Of a stretch of 64,000 nt of DNA, positions 11,033 to 22,650 are shown piece after piece; positions within the stretch are counted from its first letter, which is position 1, and each line of letters starts with the position of its first letter. The position numbers were made by a program, and so were the translations under genes. This DNA is from Vitrella brassicaformis CCMP3155 (taxonomy: Eukaryota > Protista > Chromerida). The stretch is taken from positions 62,001 to 126,000 of the forward strand of contig CDMY01000288.1 in NCBI GenBank assembly GCA_001179505.1. Reading direction: 5' to 3'. The notes under the pieces were generated by a model. That model did not search any database, was not told where the DNA came from, and was given only the letters and a program-made list of their open reading frames with translations.

Positions 11033-12442
11033 ATGCCGTTCGACGTCGACAAGTTGCTGGAGAAGGCGATGGCGTGCCAGCCCCTCGACGAGATGGCCAT
11101 CAGGCTGCTGTGCGAGCGGGTCAAGCGCATTCTAGCGGATGAGAGCAATGTCAAGACCGTGCCGACGCCAGTGACTCTTGTGGGCGACGTGCATGGGCAG
11201 TATTTCGATGTGCTGGAGCTGCTCAAGATTGGCGGCCAGGTGCCCTTCACCAACTACCTCTTCCTCGGTGAGGAAAGACCGACAGCAGGCATTCTCTGGT
11301 CGTGTGTGCATGTCTGTGTGTGATTGCGTTGATCAGGTGACTATGTGGACAGGGGTTCTCACAGTGTGGAGACCATCACACTGCTCCTCTGCCTGAAGCT
11401 CAGGCACCCGCACCGAATCACCCTACTCAGAGGTGACGACCAAAGACCAACACTTGCCCATAGTGGCTTGGTCGGTTGGTCATGCAGGCAACCACGAGTC
11501 CCGGCAGATAACCCAGGTGTATGGGTTTTACAACGAGTGTCACCGCAAGTACGGCAACGGGGTGGTGTGGCAGTGCTTCACCGACCTCTTCGACTACCTG
11601 CCCATCGCCGCACTCATCGACAACACATACCTGGCCGTGCACGGCGGGCTCAGCCCATCCATTCACACACTAGACCAAATACGGTGGGTGGTTGTTGAGG
11701 GGAGAGAGGGTGTGGGGCGTGCATTCCTCGTTTCATGGCTGTGCTGTTCCTTTGTTTGCGTCCGTCTGTCAGGATATTGGATCGGTTTACGGAGATCCCG
11801 CACGAGGGGCCGCTGGCAGACTTGATGTGGAGCGACCCAGACGACGACAAGGAGGGTAAGCAACGGCACACGCACACACACATACACCACGGACTCACTC
11901 ACCCGCCGTTTCCTGTGTGCAAAAATGAAGGTTTTTCGGTGTCGCCCCGCGGTGCCGGCTACGTGTTTGGCAAGGACATTGCCGCGACGTTCCTGGAGAT
12001 CAACGGCATCGAACAGCTCATACGGGCCCACCAACTCTGCCAAGAGGGATACCTGGTGCGTAGGCGACACATGGACGCACAGGCACTCTACTCGCCATGG
12101 GAGTCCCCTTGTCTTTGAATTGTGTCAGGTGTCATTGGGCGGTCGTGTGGTGACGGTGTGGAGTGCCCCCAACTACTGTTATCGCTTCAACAACGCCGCG
12201 TCGTGCCTGGAGATATACGAAGATAGAACCAAGTGAGCACGGCGGACCGACAGATGAGCTAATGGACGCAGTGTATCCCCTTTGCTGGTTGGTCAGGTTC
12301 TTCAATGTGTATGGCCCAGCTCCAGAGTCTGAGCGCGCGGCACCGCCGCCAGTGGCGCCGGTACGCGTGCATGATTGCATCACACCACCCACCATGAGCA
12401 TCCTTGTGTATTGCCTTTCAGCAACAGCAGCAACAGCAACAG

Positions 12443-12475
<33 letters not shown>

Positions 12476-12835
12476 AGCCAGCAGCAGCAGCAGCAGCAGG
12501 CGTCCGGCAGTAACCCATCGCAGCAATCGAGCAGCCCCCAGGGGAGCTCTCAGACAAGCCAGTCATCATGGCAGACCTCAGCGTCGCCCAGCAGCAGCAG
12601 CAGCAGCAGCAGCGGCGGCAGCGGCAGCGGTCCATCTCAGGGCGGCGGTGGCGGTGGACGGCAGATGCCCTCGCCCCCCGTGTGCCAGCCGCCGTCCGCG
12701 TCGCGTGAGGGCGGTGGAGTGCGGCGAAAGGGCGGCAATGGTGTGGGAGCGATGAGGAGGGGGCAGGTGCAGGTGGCCGACGGTGGCGGGGGCGGGATGG
12801 GCGGCACTGCGGTTGGGGTGAGGTACTTCACCTGA
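11033..12835 (+). CDS. PPP-family Ser/Thr phosphatase catalytic subunit, PP2A/PP4/PP6/Ppg1 subfamily, with a low-complexity C-terminal extension
   Basis: GDVHG, GDYVDRG, RGNHE, HGGLSP, DLMWSDP, RAHQ and SAPNYCYR across GT-AG-spliced exons. The last exon (12422-12835) encodes Q18-S-Q7, Ser/Gly runs and ends RYFT*. Confidence 0.93.
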
Positions 12836-13522
12836 TGAGATGTGATGGTACGGCATTCGTGTGTGGCCGGTGGGTGTACAGCGGAGGGGTGGCAGTCGTG
12901 TGGTGTCTATATGCGTGTGTGCAAGTGGAAGTGAGAGTGAGGTGGGTGTACTTTCTTCAGATCAGATCATCTGTGTCAGATACATGTGACCACTGCACAT
13001 GGCAGACAGATCGCCCGTTCGTTGACGCATTGCGCTTGTCCAGACCGTCCAGGCTGTGGCACACACAGTGCAATAAGCTCAGCTGTGGTTATCCATCTGC
13101 GGGCCGGATTCTCCATTTCCTCAACGCTCTCTCTCTCTCTGAAAGACAGCAGAGCGCAGAAGCCACCGGTGTGTGCCCTCTGCGCTCTGCTGTCAGTCAG
13201 AGAGAGAGAGAGAGAGAGGGGTCGGTTGAGGGAGGATGCGATAAGACAGTGTGAGCAGGTCAGACATACATACATGTGATGCGAATACGGGCAGAGGTCG
13301 TCTGAGTCTCACCCCATCTCTGAGTCTCACCCTATCTCTGCCCCTATTCACATCACATGTATGTATGTGCTAGGTATGGACACCAAAGGGTCTGTTTGTC
13401 ATTCCTGATATCATCAGAGTATGTATGGAAACAGTCAACACCCACATGCATTCTCGTCGCGGACAACGACAGGTGTACATGTCGCGACGGATGGAGAGAC
13501 CCAAAAATCTCGGCCACCCATG

Positions 13523-13588
13523 CCAACACAAAAAAAGTCGTTTACACGCAGTCTCGTCACTGCGTGTAAACGACTTTTTTTGTATTGG
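13523..13588. repeat. Perfect 25-bp inverted repeat with a 6-nt loop, extendable to 30 bp with one mismatch
   Basis: 13528-13552 ACAAAAAAAGTCGTTTACACGCAGT is the exact reverse complement of 13559-13583; the loop is CTCGTC. Confidence 0.9.
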
Positions 13589-14276
13589 TGTCTTAAGGTC
13601 GCTGTCTTCGTCTGTCTGGCTCAGTGAGATGCGGGTTTGTGAGCAGTGAAGGGAGGAGACCACTGCTCACAAGCCCGGCCATCTCTGCCTCACTGCCTGA
13701 CTTCCGTTAAGTCACCTCACGGCCTTTCGAGCATTCCAAAAGAAAGACAAGGCCGCACATCCCGTACAGGCAGTCCGTTCAACACACCGCCCATCACGCC
13801 GACACGCAGCATCCATCCACCATGACCTCGGCTGCCTGTCTGCCTGTCTGTTTGCCACCGGTGTGTGTGCCCTCTGCGCCGTGCTGTCTTAGAGAGAGAG
13901 AGAGAGAGAGAGAGAGGCGATAAGGCAGGGGGCAGCAGCAGGGAGTGAGCAGGTCTATTGGCACACACCGCCCAAAGGTAGGCAAAATGGCCGGCCAACA
14001 GACGGACAGAAAAACAGACAGACAGACAGACAGACAGACGGGCCGGCCAAGGTGATGCATGATGCATGTTGGTGTGACCGGTCAATTCTCATGGACACGG
14101 TGAACGGGCTGTTCGGCCGTTTTCTACCCCAACCCTTGACCCTAAACCCTGCTGGTCGGCACCGACGCAACACAGTCCCGACACAGGCAGCTGCCTGCAC
14201 GCCCACAGTCACTCACACAGCCACATATTGATGAGGAACAGTACTCACTGATTGCCTCTCTGGCTTGTGTGGAGCT

Positions 14277-14960
14277 CTAGCGCACCAACCAGTTTTCCCT
14301 GCAGACTTGGAGCACTTGGCGGACCCTCCAGTACTCAGGGCGATCCAGGTAGTGGTCCTGATGGATCAGAACGGCAACACACAAAGCCATCGGGGTGTGT
14401 GGATGGACTCACTACACATATCAGCCGATGTGTGTACCATGATGAGGTGGATCATGAAGGACGAGGGCGGGTGGCTCAGGAAGGCGTTGAAGGTTCGCAG
14501 CACCTGCGAGAGAGAAAGCAAGCAGCAGCAGACACTGCAGCTGCAGACGCATGACGTGAAGCGTGTTGGCCATGTTTGCGTGCGCACCTCCAGAGGTTCA
14601 TCGAGGTTGTCAGGCTGTGCAGTGAGTGTGAGCGCATTGCAATGAGTCTGTCGGCCGTCTGCGGGTGGTCGTGCGGCCGGCCCAGGTTGTAGTAGAGGTT
14701 CAGCGCCCACAGACCCACTCGGTAGTCATACTCATCCTGACACCTGAGGCGCACACACCAACCGCACAACACAGAGATGCCGTCCACTGCACATGTGCTC
14801 TGTGTATCTGTGTGCGCGCCTACACTCTCCAGACGCGAAAGAGGTGTTGCGGTCCGATCTGCGGCCACAGGTGCTGCCTGTGCAGGAGCGTCTCCTTGAG
14901 CTCTGACGCGGCCAACTCAGCCTTCGTCAGCTGACGCAACACAGTCTCGCCGGTCGGCAG
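14277..14960 (-). pseudogene. Possible degenerate small multi-exon gene
   Basis: Exon-like pieces ELKETLLHRQHLWPQIG, DEYDYRVGLWALNLYYNLGRP, VLRTFNAFLSHPPSSF and DHYLDRPEYWRVRQVL between splice-like sites. The frames do not join cleanly. Confidence 0.3.
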
Positions 14961-15429
14961 GCGGGCACGCAGACACCGAGATGTGTGCAGACTGCGCACT
15001 AGGGGGCAAGGCACACATACGTGATGAATGCATTGCCGCAGACAAGTGGAGTGCCTGCCCCGAAGGGCAGGCGTGTCCGTAAAACAGTAAAAGCGAATGT
15101 TTAGGAAATCTGTGAAACTGCAACAGATTGGCAAAATTCGTTTTCTTTTTTCCTCCGTCTCGTTTGGCTGCCGAACGACATGCGAATGGGATCAGAAGCG
15201 AGAGCATGCTGTCTAGTTTTGCTTAATCAAAATAGCTCTCGCGTGCGCTGCCTACACGCATCGGAATTCCACGAGGCCAAAATCCCGAAAATCAAATGCA
15301 CCCACTCAGAAAAAGCAATGTAATTGCGTTTCACGAAGGGTGGTTATGTTTGTCAGGCAGGACTTATAACCTTTTCCCAATGCGAGCTTGAAATGTGTCA
15401 GTGCTTGCACACCACAGCGTTGCCGGGGA

Positions 15430-16985
15430 CGACAGCGTATGTGGGAGTCGAGGGTAGGTAGTGGAGTCACACAGTGTGGTGGCGACCGGCGAGGCCGCTC
15501 CGTTGCGGAGAGCCGCGCGTGAAGTGTCCCTTTACGCAGATCTGAGGGAGTCAGATGGCCATCGGCAGATCAGGTGCTCAGCAGCGGTCAGGACGGTGTG
15601 ATCTCTGACCGACGAGGCGGCCTCGTCGCGGAGCGAAGCGTTCGGCCAAGAAACCCTGAACCCAAGAAGCCCTCCAGCCGTCACGCAGCCTTCTGGCACG
15701 CAGATCTGCTTGTCTGGGTGCTCCTGTGTCTGCCTGGCAGGTGTGTCGATGTTCCATTGAGCCGCATTGCTGCCCTCTCTATCGCCAGGTGAGCCGATGG
15801 CCGTCACGCCGCATTCTGGCATGCAGATCTGCTCGTCTGAGTGCTCTGTGTCTGCCTGGCNNNNNNNNNNNNNNNNNNNNNNNNNNNNNNNNNNNNNNNN
15901 NNNNNNNNNNNNNNNNNNNNNNNNNNNNNNNNNNNNNNNNNNNNNNNNNNNNNNNNNNNNNNNNNNNNNNNNNNNNNNNNNNNNNNNNNNNNNNNNNNNN
16001 NNNNNNNNNNNNNNNNNNNNNNNNNNNNNNNNNNNNNNNNNNNNNNNNNNNNNNNNNNNNNNNNNNNNNNNNNNNNNNNNNNNNNNNNNNNNNNNNNNNN
16101 NNNNNNNNNNNNNNNNNNNNNNNNNNNNNNNNNNNNNNNNNNNNNNNNNNNNNNNNNNNNTGACAGGCTGCTGCACAGACAGACTGCCGACAGGCGGATG
16201 ATAGACAGACCTGTTAGGATCTGCCCAACTGCCGATCAGGCGGAAAAGACAAACCAGATTGCTGCGCCCATGTAAGAATAGGTGGGAGAGAGTCGGGGAG
16301 AATGGTGAAGAGAGGATCTGCCGGGCGGTCAGTCCCGGATAAAGGATTAAGTCAATGCAACGTAAGGTCTGTGGATTTTGTGGAGAGTCCACGTAGGACA
16401 TGTAGTATGCGTCAGTCCATCCTGTCTGACGTCCTGTCCGCCATGGCCTGTCTCATGGAACGGACAAAGACTCAACAGCCGTCCTGTCTCACAGATCAGT
16501 GGATCGTCGGTCTATGAACCCTAGACCCTAAACCCTGGACCGACTTGCACTTCTGACAAGAAATGTTCCAGTTCTTGCGGACCAGCGCACGGTTCGGGAG
16601 GAACAGCGATGTGTCAGTCCAGCGGAGGTAGGCGAGTCTCACAGTGTGGTCGGCGGCCGGCGAGGCCGCTCCGTTGCGGAGAGCCGTGCGTGAAGTTTCT
16701 CTTTACGCAGATCCGGGGGAGTCAGATGGGCATCGACAGATCAGGTGCTCTGCAGCGGTCAGGATGGTGTGATCTCTGAGCGACGAGGCGGCCTCGTCGC
16801 GGAGCGAAGTCTTGGGTCAAGAAACCCTGAACCCAAGAAGAGAAACCCTCCGGCCGTCACGCAGCATAGATCTGCTCGTCTGGGTGCTCCTGTGTCTGCC
16901 TGGCAGGTGTGTTGATGTTTCGTTGAGCCGCATTGCCGCCCTCTCTATCGGCAGGTGAGCCGATGGCCGTCACGCGCATTCTGAC
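15430..16985 (+). repeat. Direct repeat pair (about 15430-15860 and 16620-16985) containing a 123-bp tandem unit that runs into the first gap
   Basis: Shared CACAGTGTGGT...GGCGAGGCCGCTCCGTTGCGGAGAGCC...AAGAAACCCTGAACCCAAGAAG. The unit CCGTCACGC... starts at 15678 and again at 15801. Confidence 0.8.
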
Positions 16986-18028
16986 ACGTGGCAGTGTGTG
17001 TATGTGGGTATGTCAGTAGCTCAACAGGAGGCGTACAGCCAGACAGGCTGTCTAAAAGTGTGTTGTCTGCATTGACGAACTTGGGGGTCACTGCAGACAA
17101 TTGAGGGGACACTGCGTATATCTCAGTTGACATATTGATGAATTCGTCTCCTGTCCGTCACGGCACACATGCGGGTACACCGACTCCATCCACACAACGA
17201 GGGAGGGGGCTGTACAAGCACACAATGATTGAGAAGTGACCCAGACAGTCAGTCCCCCATTGTCCGCGGCACTCACACCCACACTTAGGCAACCCGCAGG
17301 ACGCACAGATACAATCGACACGTATAGAGGGAGGGAGAGAAGGGGGGAGGGCCAGATACAGCACCATCCACCGATTGGCCTGACAAAGCGATTTGTGGCG
17401 CCCCGATGTGGCCCTGAGGCGGGCCGCCATGACAATGTCGGGCAGATGGCCTCGGCTCCCGACAAACAAGTGGTTGACGGGGTGCTCCTGGTTGCCCGCC
17501 TGCAGATCGCACACACACGTAACAAAGCAGATCGATACTCAAGCCATATCTGGTGCATGGCGGTCGGTTGTGTCAGACGCACCTGCTGCTGATGCTGCTC
17601 TTGCTGCGGGTGGCTGCGGGTCGATGCGACGCCGTGGCGGCCAGGCGAGGCACCGTATCTGCGCGCGCCACGCGCGCCACACAAACGAGACACAATGACA
17701 TCAATACAGTGCTGTGTTGGCGATTCTACTGGTCTTCTGACATGCTCACCCCTTTGGTAATCTGTGTGTCGCCCCACATGAGCCGCTGCATGCTCAACGC
17801 CGTCATGTTACACTCCAACGCCGCCTCACTCACCGAAATCTGACTCACAAGGGCCGCACTCTGACAATGAACAATCGGACACACAGGCCATGACACATGA
17901 TGCGAATCGCTATTTGGCTCTGGTTGGCCTTGCGTGTGACGTAGACGGCCATGGCAGCCAGCAGGCGGACATCGCACCCGACCAAATCGATGTGACAAAT
18001 CGACAAGAACTGCACAGGTAGACAGATA

Positions 18029-18060
<32 letters not shown>

Positions 18061-18282
18061 TAGAAAAACCATTCGACAGCTAGAGGTATTTGGCGAATGA
18101 GAACACAATTGTGAGAACAGGCGGCCGTGGGTGTTCATGCCGGCAGCAGTGAACAGCACCACACACCACCTGCACACACAGAGTCAGACAGACAGGCAGG
18201 TCGGCGCTGCACGGGTGTGCGCCGTGTGCGTGTCTGTGTCTGTGTGTCAATACCTGTGTGTGTGTGGGGTCATCCGGCATGT

Positions 18283-21200
18283 CGTCCATCAGCAGGTGTG
18301 GCTCCAGCCGCTTGACGCAGGCGGCCAGACACGCATCTGCTACCTGTGTGTCAGCAGCCCGCCAAGTGACACACACATTCCATGAGTCCTTAGTCTCTGT
18401 CTGTAATTGCCTGTCAGATAGATAGACGAACACCACGACAACGGCACTAGCGAGACGTATGTCCACGACCGACAGAGAGTCATACGACAGACCAACAGTG
18501 AAGACAGACAAAAGAGTAAAGAGCCGCCGGTTGATAGGAGGGCGACATAGCAGAGGAAGGCACTGACGGCCACTGAGGAGACGGACGGAAAGACACGACA
18601 TGTTGCAGAAAGGCAGCCTGACTAATACAGAGTACCCGTCCGCACGCTCTTCGCGTCCCCATCGCCACAATCAATGAATGACATCTCTTCTGCATGTACG
18701 ACAGCTACAACGACAGGCACTTCATAGCTGAATGACCCGAATCCGTCTTCTTACCACAGTAGCGATAGCTTGTCCGGCAGTGTCACAGGCCATTGGAAGG
18801 GGTGCCGAGGGCGCCAGTCGTTATCTGTCGGTCTGCACTGCACTACACAGTGTCACGTGAAGCAGTAATGTCCTTCTGAAAAAGTCATGGAAGGCAGACA
18901 CTTTCCACCATATTTCCACCTATCTGCCAGCTTGAGTCCATCAGTGCCCAAGCTCACCTTCCGCCCCNNNNNNNNNNNNNNNNNNNNNNNNNNNNNNNNN
19001 NNNNNNNNNNNNNNNNNNNNNNNNNNNNNNNNNNNNNNNNNNNNNNNNNNNNNNNNNNNNNNNNNNNNNNNNNNNNNNNNNNNNNNNNNNNNNNNNNNNN
19101 NNNNNNNNNNNNNNNNNNNNNNNNNNNNNNNNNNNNNNNNNNNNNNNNNNNNNNNNNNNNNNNNNNNNNNNNNNNNNNNNNNNNNNNNNNNNNNNNNNNN
19201 NNNNNNNNNNNNNNNNNNNNNNNNNNNNNNNNNNNNNNNNNNNNNNNNNNNNNNNNNNNNNNNNNNNCGTCCATCAGCAGGTGTGGCTCCAGCCGCTTGA
19301 CGCAGGCGGCCAGACACGCATCTGCTACCTGTGTGTCAGAAGCCCGCAAGTGACACACATTTCATGAGTCCTTAGTCTCTGTCTGTCATTGCCTGTCAGA
19401 TAGATAGACGAACACCACGACAACGGCACTAGCAAGACATATATTCACGACCGACAGAGAGTCATACGACAGACCAACAGTGAAGACAGACAAAAGAGTA
19501 AAGAGCCGCCAGTTGATAGGAGGGCGACATAGCAGAGGAAGGCACTGACGGCCACTGAGGAGACGGACGGAAAGACACGACATGTTGCAGAAAGGCAGCC
19601 TGACTAATACAGAGTACCCGTCCGCACGCTCTTCGCGTCCCCATCGCCACAATCAATGAATGACATCTCTTCTGCATGTACGACAGCTACAACGACAGGC
19701 ACTTCATAGCTGAATGACCCGAATCCGTCTTCTTACCACAGTAGCGATAGCTTGTCCGGCAGTGTCACAGGCCATTGGAAGGGGTGCCGAGGGCGCCAGT
19801 CGTTATCTGTCGGTCTGCACTGCACTACACAGTGTCACGTGAAGCAGTAATGTCCTTCTGAAAAAGTCATGGAAGGCAGACACTTTCCACCATATTTCCA
19901 CCTATCTGCCAGCTTGAGTCCATCAGTGCCCAAGCTCACCTTCCGCCCCGCCACATTCCGCTGGTACATGAATGCGTGCAGACACGCAGCATATGGTCAT
20001 CAGCCTGGTCTGCACACACAGTCACACACGCACACCGCATCCCACACCATCACATGATGATACAGCCGGTGGTCTCTCAATTCACATGGTATCCACATCC
20101 GAATGCGTACCAGTGTCATCCCCCGCTGTGCCTCTTGGAGTTCTACGACGCTCTGATTGGCCCGCAGCACCTCCGCCACCGTCCAATTGCCACCGACGTG
20201 AACGTGCCGTCCGTCCCTTCGCTCTGTCATCTTGGACCTCATTCTGCATTCACACACACATCACCGAATGTTCCATCCTGGCGGCATGCTCATCCGTCCG
20301 GCGCTCACCTTCGCACCGTCCTGCGCCAGGATATGAATGCGTGCAGACACGCACCGTCATCTTGAGCCTTCACCAGAGCTTCGCCCGGAAAGTTTCGCCC
20401 ACCCTCACGAGCTTTTCATTGCGACGCTCCCAACTTTCACCTTCCGACCTCACCCGCCTCGCAGCCTGACCGAGTGGGTGCACTCACACAAGCTTGTCTT
20501 GTGCCGTTGCGCTATGAGTTAATGTATGTTAGTCAGTCTTCCATGAATCCTGGTTGAGTGGCTTGAAAGGCATAGCGTCGTCCTCAAAAATCATGGCCAC
20601 ATCAACGTTGTCCTGCATAGAACGATCAGCTGCACATATGCTGCTAGTAAGAATGCCAAGCCCTCGCTTTCGGGATCGAAATGTCGTTATCCTCACGATG
20701 TCGAGTTCAGGGTATGCAGTGGCCCATTCTTTCCGAAAGCGAGAGTAACGCGCCGGTTCTCCCTCAGCTTCAGGCAATGTCATAACGTACGCACGACGTC
20801 TACTGTATGGCATAGATTCATGATCCTCGGAGAATCCACAGTCATTTTTGAAACCAGCCGGAGAGCGAATTATTTGCTTCTGCCAGGATTGCCAGCTTGG
20901 CAAGACGAACCACTGCGAGCTTGTGAGCTAGGGTATATTTCTGTGTAACGGGTGGAGAGAGAAGAAGACAAGGAAAGACAAGGAAAGCATTCTGAGGAGA
21001 CACGATCTTATCAGCCATCACCGAAGTGAGATCTGTGTTGACCACCCTTCATGATGCCATACATGGACAGAAACAACTTTGACTGACTGGTCAGTCCATC
21101 GGTCTTACTAAAGTANNNNNNNNNNNNNNNNNNNNNNNNNNNNNNNNNNNNNNNNNNNNNNNNNNNNNNNNNNNNNNNNNNNNNNNNNNNNNNNNNNNNN

Positions 21201-22587
21201 NNNNNNNNNNNNNNNNNNNNNNNNNNNNNNNNNNNNNNNNNNNNNNNNNNNNNNNNNNNNNNNNNNNNNNNNNNNNNNNNNNNNNNNNNNNNNNNNNNNN
21301 NNNNNNNNNNNNNNNNNNNNNNNNNNNNNNNNNNNNNNNNNNNNNNNNNNNNNNNNNNNNNNNNNNNNNNNNNNNNNNNNNNNNNNNNNNNNNNNNNNNN
21401 NNNNNNNNNNNNNNNGTCAGCAGCCCGCCAAGTGACACACACATTCCATGAGTCCTTAGTCTCTGTCTGTAATTGCCTGTCAGATAGATAGACGAACACC
21501 ACGACAACGGCACTAGCGAGACGTATGTCCACGACCGACAGAGAGTCATACAACAGACCAACAGTGAAGACAGACAAAAGAGTAAAGAGCCGCCGGTTGA
21601 TAGGAGGGCGACATGGGACAGGAGAGCACTGACGGCCACTGAGGAGACGGACGGAAAGACACGACATGTTGCAGAAAGGCAGCCTGACTAATACAGAGTA
21701 CCCGTCCGCACGCTCTTCGCGTCCCCATCGCCACAATCAATGAATGACATCTCTTCTGCATGTACGACAGCTACAACGACAGGCACTTCATAGCTGAACG
21801 ACCCGAATCCGTCTCCTTACCACGGTAGCGATAGCTTGGTCGGCAGTGTCACAGGCCATTGGAAGGGGTGCCGAGGGCGCCAGTCGTTATCTGTCGGTCT
21901 GCACTGCACCGCACAGTGTCAAGTGAAGCAGTACTGTCCTTCTGAAAAAGTCATGGAAGGCAGACACTTTCCACCTTATTTCCACCTATCTGCCGGCTTG
22001 AGTCCATCAGTGCCCAAGATCACCTTCCGCCCCGCCGCATTCCGCTGGTACATGAATGCGTGCAGACACGCAGCATATGGTTATCAGCCTGGTCTGCACA
22101 CACAGTCACACACGCACACCGCATCCCACACCATCACATGATGATACAGCCGGTGGTCTCTCAATTCACATAGTATCCACATCCGAATGCGTACCAGTAT
22201 CATCCCCCGCTGTGCCTCTTGGAGCTCTACGACGCTCTGATTGGCCCGCAGCACCTCCGCCACCGACCAATTGCCACCGACGTGAACGTGCCGTCCGTCC
22301 CTTCGCTCTGTCATCTTGGACCTCATTTGGCATTCACACACACATCACCGAATGTTCCATCCTGGCGGCATGCTCATCCGTCCGGCGCTCACCTTCGCAC
22401 CGTCCTGCGCCAGGATGTGAATGCGTGCAGACACGCACCGTCATCTTGAGCCTTCACCAGAGCTTCGCCCGGAAAGTTTCGCCCACCCTCACGAGCTTTT
22501 CATTGCGACGCTCCCAACTTTCACCTTCCGACCTCACCCCCCTCGCAGCCTGACCGAGTGGGTGCACTCACACAAGCTTGTCTTGTG
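18283..22587. repeat. Three near-identical copies of a segment of about 1.2 kb (18283-18967 cut by a gap, 19268-20503, 21416-22587)
   Basis: Collinear blocks differ by scattered substitutions. Copies 2 and 3 end at the same point, CACAAGCTTGTCTTGTG. The minus strand has splice-like signals but also stops. Confidence 0.9.
20529..20903 (-). pseudogene. Glycosyltransferase family 25-like fragment of atypical composition
   Basis: RRAYVMTLP...R...F...RGLGILTSS...DVAMIFEDDAMPF resembles the GT25 pattern (YVINL...R...GC..SH...ILEDD). About 48% GC by hand count over 20521-20880. Truncated shortly after EDD, with an in-frame TAG upstream. Confidence 0.55.
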
Positions 22588-22650
22588 TCCTAAAGTACGC
22601 TAACTCAGAGACCAACCATCGGCCATCCATTCTTCAGTCGAGAGTATAGG

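Noticed and set aside
14131-16538. Telomere-like motifs as a chromosome end or interstitial telomere array
   Set aside because: Each has only two to three degenerate units, and ordinary genes continue on both sides.
15430-22587. Repeats as a CRISPR array or an autonomous transposon
   Set aside because: There is no short repeat-spacer periodicity and no transposase, reverse transcriptase, integrase or Rep/helicase motif.
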